Source of the DNA: Microbacterium sp.
Lineage (GTDB): Bacteria > Actinomycetota > Actinomycetes > Actinomycetales > Microbacteriaceae
Assembly: GCF_047607465.1 (NCBI RefSeq)
Contig: NZ_JASGCY010000061.1
Span: forward strand, 15,541-79,540
Direction: 5' to 3'
DNA: 64,000 bases
This document shows positions 1 to 7,757 of the stretch, piece after piece. The notes beneath the pieces were generated by a model. That model saw only the letters and a program-made list of their open reading frames with translations. It was not told the origin of the DNA and did no database searches. Every line of letters starts with the position of its first letter. The first letter of the stretch is position 1. The position numbers were made by a program, and so were the translations under genes.

Positions 1-675
1 GAGGAGCTTCCCCTCGTCGTCGAGGCGTTCGAGCTTGCGATCGGCGAGCGTGCGTCCACCGGCGAAATCGCCGAGCAGCGTCGCCGCGATCTGCTCGGTG
101 TGCTCCGCAGTCATCACCGCCGGGTCGTGCTCGACGCCGTCGACCGCCGCGTACCAGGCGTCGTGCTCGTCGAGCAGTTTCTGGATCGTCTTGACCGGAT
201 GCTGCAGATCGTCGCGCCACGCGAGCTCCCACTCGAAGAACTGCATGTCGCCGGGAGCGGCGTTCTTGAACAGGTGCCGGTCGAGGGAGGTGAACCACAC
301 GAGGCGCGCGATCGGCTCGGCACCCGTGAGCACCTCGCGCTGCTTGAGGAAACCGCGGATGCTGCGAATCGAGCCGTCGAGCTGGCTGAACGGGCTCTTG
401 CCCGGGTTCGGCACGCGGTCGAGCCGCCACTCGCCGTCTTTGTACTCGACGTACTCGGGGCTCTTCGCCTCGATCACGACGATGCCGCGCCCCGGCACCA
501 GCACGACGAAATCGGCCTCGCCCTGGAACTGCGCCGCGTGACGGCGGACCTCGAGGCTGTGCAGGACGATCCAGTCTTCCGACGCGGATGCCGTCGCACC
601 CGCGAACGCGTCGAAGATGCGCGTCTCTGAGCTGTTCGCCCCGCTGCGCGGGCGGGCAGGGATCATGCGGGCCAT
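1..675 (-). CDS. NERD (nuclease-related domain) protein, N-terminal part; gene runs off the left edge
   Basis: Absent from ORF track (no stop in window). Reverse translation from ATG at 675 reads MARMIPARPRSG..WIVLHSLEV..GEADFVVLVPGRGIVVIEAKS.., a NERD-like core. GC3 bias supports this frame only. Confidence 0.7.
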   Translation of the reverse strand, partial: MARMIPARPRSGANSSETRIFDAFAGATASASEDWIVLHSLEVRRHAAQFQGEADFVVLVPGRGIVVIEAKSPEYVEYKDGEWRLDRVPNPGKSPFSQLDGSIRSIRGFLKQREVLTGAEPIARLVWFTSLDRHLFKNAAPGDMQFFEWELAWRDDLQHPVKTIQKLLDEHDAWYAAVDGVEHDPAVMTAEHTEQIAATLLGDFAGGRTLADRKLERLDDEGKLL

Positions 676-715
676 GTTCGGATGCTAGCGGGAGGGGCGG
701 ACACCGAAGGCCTCC

Positions 716-812
716 GGTCCCTGAGCGCCCTTCGTCTCGTCGCTGCGCGCCTCGCTCAGGAACCGCGCAGCGCCACCCCCGGTCCCTGAGCGAGCGCAGC
801 GAGACGAAGGGC
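716..812. repeat. Palindromic intergenic repeat, family B (CCTGAGCG..CTTCGTCTCGTCGCT..GCTCAGG), copy 1
   Basis: Inverted arms cctgagcgcccttcgtctcgtcgct / agcgagacgaagggc. Near-identical copy at 58238-58307. Confidence 0.75.
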
Positions 813-850
813 TCCACAACCCACGCCCCTCTCCCTGGCATTCTTAACCC

Positions 851-2101
851 ATGCCTCTCGCCCGCGACATCCAGAACGTCCTCCCGAGCTTCCGCACGAC
901 GCGGCGCGACCTGTGGAACGGGCGGGCCGTCAACGAGTACGCGTTCGAGGCCGAGAACGCCGTGGGGCTGCTGGCCGATATGGCTGAGGACTACGGTGCG
1001 GCCGACGTGATCCCCGCGGTGCAGAAAGCGATCGCGAGCACGTTCCGCGTGCTGATGCGGGCCGACGATTCGGGGGGAGCGATCCAGCTCGTCATCCGCG
1101 ATCTGCTCGTCCTGCACGCCGAACTGTGCACCAAAGCGCCGCCGGCGCCCGCCGTGCTGACGAAGTGGATCCAGACGCAGCAGTTCGGCGAACTCGGCGA
1201 GTATTTCAACATCGACGTCGCCGACTACGAAGAGGCGCTCGGCGAGAAGGGGCTCGAGACGTTCGAGCGTCATCTCGAGAAGCGCCGGGCTGCGCTGACC
1301 CTGCCGTTCGATGGTCGCCCCGACCTCGAGTTCGAATGGGACGACGAGCGGCACGCTCGACGGGCGGTGCTCTACAACCTGCAGCGCCTGGCCGTGCTGG
1401 CTGAAGACGAGGAGGCGATCGTCCGAACGCATGGTGGCGATCTGCCGAAGGCGTATCTCCGAGCGGATGCCGCGAAGGCGCTGATCGAGGCCGGATTCTT
1501 GGAGCGGGCAGCATCCGTCGCCAAGGAAGGCATGACGCTCGACGGCGGGTCGCATCAACAGCAGGAATGCGGTGAGCTGTGGGTCGAGTCGCTGGGTCGC
1601 ATCGACCCTGCGGGGGTGGCGGATGCAGCGGGCGAGGTATTCCGCCGGTGGCCGACTGGTGGCAACGCGTCGGCGTGGATGGATGCCGCGGGCGACGGCG
1701 TGCGCGAAGAAGCCGTGACGTTGATGCGGAAGAATCCGCGAACGCTCGTCGCGTTCCTGCTCGATGCGGATGATGTGACGCGCGCCTGGAACGAGGCTCT
1801 CGACTCGCTCGGGGGCGCTGGCGGCGGGTTGCTTCCGCAGCAGTGGGACGAGCTGGTGAAGCGCTACGCGAAGGTGGATGCTGTCGCCGTGCTGCCTGTG
1901 ATGGCGCAGCTGATCGATGACCGCCTGGTCGAGGCGAACACCGCGGTGTACGCGGGTGCGGTGAAGCGCATGAAGGAGCTGCGCAAGGCAGCCGCTCTCG
2001 CCGGGGTGCCCGAGATGGCCGACGCGTACCTCGCCGAGTGGCGGGAGAGGTTCAGGCGGCGAACGACGCTGATCAAGCGCATGGACGCCGCGGGGGTGTG
2101 A
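851..2101 (+). CDS. Hypothetical protein, 416 aa, apparently all-helical, no catalytic motif recognised
   Basis: Track ORF with good GC3 codon bias. No family motif recognised by eye. Confidence 0.6.
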   Translation: MPLARDIQNVLPSFRTTRRDLWNGRAVNEYAFEAENAVGLLADMAEDYGAADVIPAVQKAIASTFRVLMRADDSGGAIQLVIRDLLVLHAELCTKAPPAPAVLTKWIQTQQFGELGEYFNIDVADYEEALGEKGLETFERHLEKRRAALTLPFDGRPDLEFEWDDERHARRAVLYNLQRLAVLAEDEEAIVRTHGGDLPKAYLRADAAKALIEAGFLERAASVAKEGMTLDGGSHQQQECGELWVESLGRIDPAGVADAAGEVFRRWPTGGNASAWMDAAGDGVREEAVTLMRKNPRTLVAFLLDADDVTRAWNEALDSLGGAGGGLLPQQWDELVKRYAKVDAVAVLPVMAQLIDDRLVEANTAVYAGAVKRMKELRKAAALAGVPEMADAYLAEWRERFRRRTTLIKRMDAAGV

Positions 2102-2201
2102 GGGGGCGGATGCCTGGCGGCCCGAGTGCTGGTCTGCGGTCTGCGCCATGATGGACGAGGGCGTGGACCGTCTTCACGCCCAGGAGCGAGGGGAAATCGG
2201 C

Positions 2202-3227
2202 ATGAGCGTGTGGGGCGTACACAACAACAAGCTCACGAGCGAATTGACGGATGACGGCTTCATCAGCATCGGGTGGGACGATCTCGGGCCGTTGTCGGAG
2301 ATCTCGGGTGACAGAGAGGGCCTGAAAACTGCGCTGAGCGCGTTCCAGCCCGACGCCAAGTGGCGCTCGATCGCGGGCCAGGCAGGCGTGCTCGCGCGGT
2401 TCCGAGACGAGATCCGAGTGGGTGATGTGATCGTTGCGCCGTTCAAGCCGACCTCGACGATCAACCTCGGTATCGTCACCAGCGACTACTACTTCGACGC
2501 GGAGGCGCCGACGCACCGGCATCGACGGCGGGTGGAGTGGAAGCAGGTGGGGCTCCCGCGGACCGTCTTCACACAGTCGGCGCTCTACGAGATCGGCTCG
2601 GTGCTGGCAGTCTTCGGCATCCGCAATCATCCTGACGAGTTCCTCGCTGCGCTCGAAGGCGGCGGATCCCTTGAGCAGGTCTCGGAGGCTGTCGAAAAGG
2701 TGTCCGAATCGCTCTTCGAGGACGACGACACGGATGACGAACCCCGGGCGTCTCGTATCGAACGGCACACGCGAGACTTCGTTCTCGAAGCGCTACACAA
2801 ACGCCTGGCGCACGAAGAGTTCGAGGAGTTCACCGCCGACTTGCTGCGGGCACTCGGCTATCAGGCGCGAGTCACGCAGTACTCACAAGATGGCGGTGTG
2901 GATGTCATCGCACATCGCGACGCGCTCGGCGTCGAACCGCCCCTCATCAAAGTGCAGTGCAAGCACAAGACGGGATCGATCGGTGCACCCGAGGTTCAAC
3001 AGCTCATCGGCACTCAGGGCCAGGGAGAACTCTCACTCTTCGTGACCCTCGGTTCATACACTCGCGAGGCCCTCGCCATCGAGCGGCAGCGCTCCGGCCT
3101 GCGACTGCTCACCGGCGAGGACATCGTCACGATGGTGCTGGAGAACTACGACAAGCTTCCGCAACGGTGGCGGAGTGAGATTCCACTGACGAGTGTGCTG
3201 GTGGTCTCTGACGGGGTGGAGCAGTAG
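2202..3227 (+). CDS. mrr: Mrr-family type IV (modification-dependent) restriction endonuclease
   Basis: C-terminal Mrr_cat-like core (GGVDVIAHRD..PPLIKVQCKH..GAPEVQQLIG..LFVTLGSYT). Internal ATG at 2202 (MSVWGVH) follows GGAGCGAGGGGA. N-terminal Mrr_N-like region. Confidence 0.8.
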   Translation: MSVWGVHNNKLTSELTDDGFISIGWDDLGPLSEISGDREGLKTALSAFQPDAKWRSIAGQAGVLARFRDEIRVGDVIVAPFKPTSTINLGIVTSDYYFDAEAPTHRHRRRVEWKQVGLPRTVFTQSALYEIGSVLAVFGIRNHPDEFLAALEGGGSLEQVSEAVEKVSESLFEDDDTDDEPRASRIERHTRDFVLEALHKRLAHEEFEEFTADLLRALGYQARVTQYSQDGGVDVIAHRDALGVEPPLIKVQCKHKTGSIGAPEVQQLIGTQGQGELSLFVTLGSYTREALAIERQRSGLRLLTGEDIVTMVLENYDKLPQRWRSEIPLTSVLVVSDGVEQ

Positions 3228-3288
3228 ACGGGGCCCGAATTCTGGGCACGCTCGGAACCGACTCCGCTCTCCCGGCGGGCGTGCTCAA

Positions 3289-4209
3289 CTACACTGCGAG
3301 GTCCAGCGGCAGATCGGCGATGTCTCGCAGACGCTTGCCATTGATCAGAGTGTCAAGAGTCATCTGCGCCTCATCGTTGTCGAGCTGAGCCGTCGCTTTG
3401 ACCAACTCCGGTAATGCAAAGTGATAGACCGTGTCGACGTCACCGGTTCCGAGCGCAAGCGATGCAATTCGTGAAGGCGAAGGCTCCCCAGTCACAACGG
3501 CAATGTGCGGCGCCCTCCCCTTACGATTACGGAGCACGCCTAGCGCCTCAGTACGAGCATTCTGCGCTCGGTCCGAGCGAAGCGTCCACTTGCAGGAAAT
3601 CACAGCGTGAACTATTCCATGAGGTTGATTCGCCTGTCGGATCGGGGCGAGCGTTCCAAACTGTTTGTCGACGAGAGGCCTCGTGGCGTTGATTTCAGCA
3701 TCCGGAACCGGTAATCGAATGACGGTAACGTCCGGCGACACATCGTAGGCATTGCCGAGCACGGCGGCGAGGGTCGGGCTCGCGTCCACCATCTGAGCGA
3801 GTTCATCGAGATGCCGGTATGGTTCATACCTCGCAAGGTGATACTCCCGTCTCGAGCCGCCCACGTTCTCGACCACCCATCGCCCTGGCCGCAGCATGTC
3901 GAACAACGGGAGGGTGCGGGCGACGAATGACCGTACTGAGCCCTCGAACTGACTCCCCGCGCGCTGCCCGTCCAACTTCACGCCGCCGATGGTTGCGCCG
4001 AGTGCAGTCGCCACGGCCAATGCAGCCTCGCGAGAAAAGCGCTGTCCGGAATCAGCGTTCGAAGCGATGCCTTTGGCATCGACAACCAACGTGCGGTCTG
4101 CAATGAGCTCGCGATGGAACTCGGCGCGAGCCTGTGACAACAGAGCCAGATGACTCACTGATCCTCCGATACTTAGTGCAGCCCTCTCGGCCCACGTAAG
4201 CAGGTTCAC
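3289..4209 (-). CDS. Type II restriction endonuclease, NgoMIV/Cfr10I-like (CCGG-core recognising family)
   Basis: Motif VISCKWTLRSDR: S-x-K active-site element followed by the R-S-D-R element known from NgoMIV. Sits next to an m5C methyltransferase. Visibly lower GC than neighbours. Confidence 0.7.
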   Translation of the reverse strand: MNLLTWAERAALSIGGSVSHLALLSQARAEFHRELIADRTLVVDAKGIASNADSGQRFSREAALAVATALGATIGGVKLDGQRAGSQFEGSVRSFVARTLPLFDMLRPGRWVVENVGGSRREYHLARYEPYRHLDELAQMVDASPTLAAVLGNAYDVSPDVTVIRLPVPDAEINATRPLVDKQFGTLAPIRQANQPHGIVHAVISCKWTLRSDRAQNARTEALGVLRNRKGRAPHIAVVTGEPSPSRIASLALGTGDVDTVYHFALPELVKATAQLDNDEAQMTLDTLINGKRLRDIADLPLDLAV

Positions 4210-4220
4210 GACATCGAGAA

Positions 4221-5558
4221 CTAGCTCACTCGGTTTCGATGAGCCGCGACAACCTCATGGCGCCAGTGATCCGCTTGCCCGGTGAAGCCCTTGAACTCAC
4301 CGAGAAGATATCGCCGGACCCCGTCAACGTCGATGGTGTGCAGTTCAAAATCCCGCTGCAATGCCGCCAGCCGCTGTTCAACCGCAGCGACGCTTCCTTC
4401 GTTGAACGCCTCCACGAGTTCATCAAGACTCAGCGCCCGGTCAGTGCGCGCGAGAGCCCGATAAACCGGATCATGGACGTCCAGGGTTCCGGGTGCCTCG
4501 GACCGCGGCGTTCCCTCGCGCGTCAGCGCGTTGCGGATACTCTCGCCGATCGCTTGCGCGACGGGCGGGGGAAAGGCGTTTCCGATCTGCCGATACTGCG
4601 ACGTCTTTCTCCCCGAGAATGCGTACCGATCGCCAGGCTCCCATCCCTGGATCCGGGCAGCCATCTCGATCGTCAACCTCGGCGGCGCTGTCCGGAACGA
4701 CACCGACTTCCGATTCGGGGCGGCGTCGGCGATTCCACGGCCATCGATGTTCAAGCGCGCCCACCCTGCCTTAGCCCGGGTCGGACCGAGGTCCGCGCCG
4801 CCGTGCTTCTTGCTCCCGCCGACGAGTGTAGGGCCGATATCGTCGGCGAGGTCACGCCATGCATCGGCGTATCGCCAGCCATCCGCCGCCATGTAGTCGT
4901 AAAGAGCGTCACCGACAGTCACACGCGGCCGCTGCCCCGGCTCCGGCCAGTGAAAGTAACGCATATCTTCTACGGGCATCGCGACGAGGACAAAGCGCGG
5001 CCGAAGCTGGGGCACGCCGAAATCAGCTGCATGTAGCAGCCGCCACTCGCCGACGTAACCCAGCGCATCAAGCCTGTCGATTACGCGCTGACGATACGCA
5101 GCGAACCGCGGGGCGGACAACCCGCGAACGTTCTCGAGCATGACAGCCTTCGGTCGGATGATTGCCACCTGCTCGATTGCCCACGCGAACAGGTCACGTT
5201 CGTCGGATGTGCCAAGCTGTTTACCGGCTGCTGAGAACGGCGGACACGGTACGCCCCCGGCGAAGAGGTCCACGCCTTCGTAATCGCCCGGGACCCATAC
5301 GTCCTCGCTGGCGACGTCGCCGACGGCGACGTCAATTCCCAAGTTTGAACGGAGCGTGTCCGCCGCCGTGTCATCGATCTCGATGGCGAGCGCGTGCGCG
5401 AACCCGGCTTTGTGAAGGCCAAGCGACTGGCCCCCCGCGCCGGCGCACGCTTCGACGACCGTGAGGCGCTGAGCTCGAATTTCTGTCACGGGTTCATCGT
5501 ACGTGGGGCCAGGGACATAGCCTCGGTGCGGCGACACCGCGGCGCTAATTCGGGCCAC
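4221..5558 (-). CDS. DNA (cytosine-5)-methyltransferase, with about 100 aa C-terminal extension
   Basis: Motif I ACAGAGG, motif IV GGVPCPPFS, ENVRGL, QIGNAFPPPVA. 11 bp from the endonuclease gene, same strand. Confidence 0.9.
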   Translation of the reverse strand: MARISAAVSPHRGYVPGPTYDEPVTEIRAQRLTVVEACAGAGGQSLGLHKAGFAHALAIEIDDTAADTLRSNLGIDVAVGDVASEDVWVPGDYEGVDLFAGGVPCPPFSAAGKQLGTSDERDLFAWAIEQVAIIRPKAVMLENVRGLSAPRFAAYRQRVIDRLDALGYVGEWRLLHAADFGVPQLRPRFVLVAMPVEDMRYFHWPEPGQRPRVTVGDALYDYMAADGWRYADAWRDLADDIGPTLVGGSKKHGGADLGPTRAKAGWARLNIDGRGIADAAPNRKSVSFRTAPPRLTIEMAARIQGWEPGDRYAFSGRKTSQYRQIGNAFPPPVAQAIGESIRNALTREGTPRSEAPGTLDVHDPVYRALARTDRALSLDELVEAFNEGSVAAVEQRLAALQRDFELHTIDVDGVRRYLLGEFKGFTGQADHWRHEVVAAHRNRVS

Positions 5559-5641
5559 GGACGGTCACGCTGATGCCTACCGCCGCGTCATCGGGATCAT
5601 CACACTCCCGCACGCGAATCCAACGTAGTACTCTCCCTCCC

Positions 5642-5980
5642 ATGCCCCTCTCCCGCGATACCGAGGAAGCCCTCCGTGCCTTCGTCGCCGCCCGCGACTG
5701 GGATCAGTTCCACACGCCGGAGAACCTCGCCAAGAGCATCGCGATCGAAGCATCCGAACTCCTCGAGTGCTACCAGTGGGGCGAGAACCGGAGCCAGAGC
5801 CCGAAGCAGCGCGAGCACATCGAAGACGAGCTCGCCGACGTCGTCACCTACTGCGTCCACCTCGCGAACAGGCTGGGGGTCGACCTCGACGAGATCGTGA
5901 TGCGCAAACTCGCGAAGACCGAGCGGCGCTACCCGATCGAGTCGAACCAGGGCGAGATCAACAAGCGGGCAGCCCCGTGA
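5642..5980 (+). CDS. MazG-like nucleotide pyrophosphohydrolase (DCTPP1/RS21-C6-like single-domain type)
   Basis: RDWDQFHTPENLAKSIAIEASELLE..EDELADVVTY.. four-helix MazG signature. Start moved to the internal ATG (MPLSRD). Confidence 0.75.
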   Translation: MPLSRDTEEALRAFVAARDWDQFHTPENLAKSIAIEASELLECYQWGENRSQSPKQREHIEDELADVVTYCVHLANRLGVDLDEIVMRKLAKTERRYPIESNQGEINKRAAP

Positions 5981-6029
5981 GCATCCGCCGTTTTCCGTTC
6001 CACCGCGACGCTCTCGACACCGACGACGA

Positions 6030-6146
6030 GAGCCTCACCAACTGACCCGTCGTCATGGCGTGCTGCTCACCCGCGGCAGGCGCGGCACGTACGTGTACGT
6101 CTGCGATCCCGGGCTACGAGACTGGCTTCGGATGCTGCTGAGCTGA
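6030..6146 (+). pseudogene. C-terminal remnant of a DUF2075/helicase-like ATPase gene
   Basis: The frame ending at TGA 6144-6146 reads ..HGVLLTRGRRGTYVYVCDPGLRDWLRMLLS*. This resembles the conserved VLLTRGrkG..y tail of such proteins. No matching upstream ORF exists. Confidence 0.4.
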
Positions 6147-6200
6147 GCAACCAGGCGCAATCGGCACACGCGCGGTCTACGCTGCGTGACCGAGCCCCCC

Positions 6201-7442
6201 TCACAGCTCCCACAACGCCGAGATCGGCAACGCGGCGAGGCGGTCGCCGAAGCGCGTTCCTGTCGAGGCTGTGTTGAGAACGTAACCGCCGAGAAAGCGA
6301 TCGCCCAGCTTGTCGCGCAAGAACTTCAGCCCTCTGAAGTGCTCCTGCTTCAGGGTCGAGCCCGACTTCACTTCAAGGGCGATCACCGATCCGTCGCGAA
6401 GCTCCACGATGATGTCAACTTCGATCCCGGTCCGGTCGCGGAAGTGGAAGAGGTCGTATTCCTCGCGACTCCACCCGCGCTGCTTGAACAGCTCCGACAC
6501 CACGAACCCCTCGACGGCGGCACCGAGATGCGGGCTTCCGAGTGCGCTGAGCTGCTGCTCCGAGATGCGCCCGACTCTGAGCGCCAGCCCCGGGTCATTC
6601 ACGATCATCTTCGGCTTTCCCGCCTCACGGCTCGTGAGGTTCGGTGTCCACGGCCGCAGCCTCTCGACGAGGTACATCGTCTCCAGCAGATCGATGTACG
6701 CCGACACCGATGTCTCAGGAACATCAGCATCGCGTGCGACGCGCGCCTTCACGAGCTCGCCGGCCTGGCTGGCGGCGAGCAGCCGAAGCACCACCGCGAT
6801 GCGCCCCGGGTCGACTCGCGGCGCGATGTCGGCGACGTCTCGTTCCAGGAGCCGCTCGACGTAACTGTCGAACCAGCTGGCCCGCATCCGTCCTGTAAGC
6901 CGCCCCGCCTCGGGGTAGCCGCCTCGCGCGATGCGTTCGATGTATCCGGCTCGATCGACGCCGCTCTCGACGCGTCCCGCATCGACACCGTCGACCAGCT
7001 TCGCCACGAAATCTTCGGGAGTACTCGCCCATTCCCCCTGGCTGAACCCGCGCAGCCCGACGGTGATGGCACGCCCTGCCAGACTGTCAGGCGTCCGCGA
7101 CAGCCGCAGAAGATTGCTGGAACCGGTGAGCACGAAGCGCCCAGGACGACGATCGCGATCGATGGATGCTTTGATGGCGAGTAGCAGTTCAGGCGCCCGC
7201 TGCAGCTCATCGATGACGAGGGTCGCATCCGACGCCTGCTCGATCAGCGCTTCCGGAGATTCCGATGCCACGGCTCGGGTCGTGGCATCGTCAAGAGTTA
7301 TCAGCCTGGCACCTGCTGCAACGATCTGCTCCGCGAACGTACTCTTGCCGACCTGTCGGGCGCCCTGGATCACGATGGCAGGAAAGGTGCGCAGCGCCTC
7401 TTGGGCGAAGGATGCGGAATGACGGGGAAGCAGCGCGGCCAT
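6201..7442 (-). CDS. AAA+ ATPase (AAA_14 plus DUF4143 type), paralog 1
   Basis: Walker A GARQVGKST, Walker B LVIDELQ, C-terminal DUF4143-like region. Confidence 0.85.
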   Translation of the reverse strand: MAALLPRHSASFAQEALRTFPAIVIQGARQVGKSTFAEQIVAAGARLITLDDATTRAVASESPEALIEQASDATLVIDELQRAPELLLAIKASIDRDRRPGRFVLTGSSNLLRLSRTPDSLAGRAITVGLRGFSQGEWASTPEDFVAKLVDGVDAGRVESGVDRAGYIERIARGGYPEAGRLTGRMRASWFDSYVERLLERDVADIAPRVDPGRIAVVLRLLAASQAGELVKARVARDADVPETSVSAYIDLLETMYLVERLRPWTPNLTSREAGKPKMIVNDPGLALRVGRISEQQLSALGSPHLGAAVEGFVVSELFKQRGWSREEYDLFHFRDRTGIEVDIIVELRDGSVIALEVKSGSTLKQEHFRGLKFLRDKLGDRFLGGYVLNTASTGTRFGDRLAALPISALWEL

Positions 7443-7461
7443 GATCCCTCATCATAGATCT

Positions 7462-7527
7462 CAACTCGTAGGTTCGCAGCATCCAACTCGTAGTTTTGCA
7501 ATGCTCAAGTCGTGGGTTTGCATAGAA
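7462..7527. repeat. Three tandem 22-bp direct repeats immediately upstream of the ATPase start (7442)
   Basis: Units caactcgtaggttcgcagcatc / caactcgtagttttgcaatgct / caagtcgtgggtttgcatagaa. AT-richer than the surrounding sequence. Confidence 0.7.
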
Positions 7528-7757
7528 CCCCGCTCCGGAGGGCGCGGTGAGGGGCCCCATGCCACCAGCATCCTGCAGTGAAATCGGCCTCCTGCACGAT
7601 GAATCCGCCCGAAACTCACTGCATTCTCTGCAAACCCCTGCAGGATACAAACCGGGAACCCCGCGGCCTGGCCCCTCAACACCCCGGCCACGGCGCGATG
7701 TCGGAGGCGTCTCTTAGCCTCATAGAGTCCTCATTCGCACCGACCCAGGAGAGCGCC

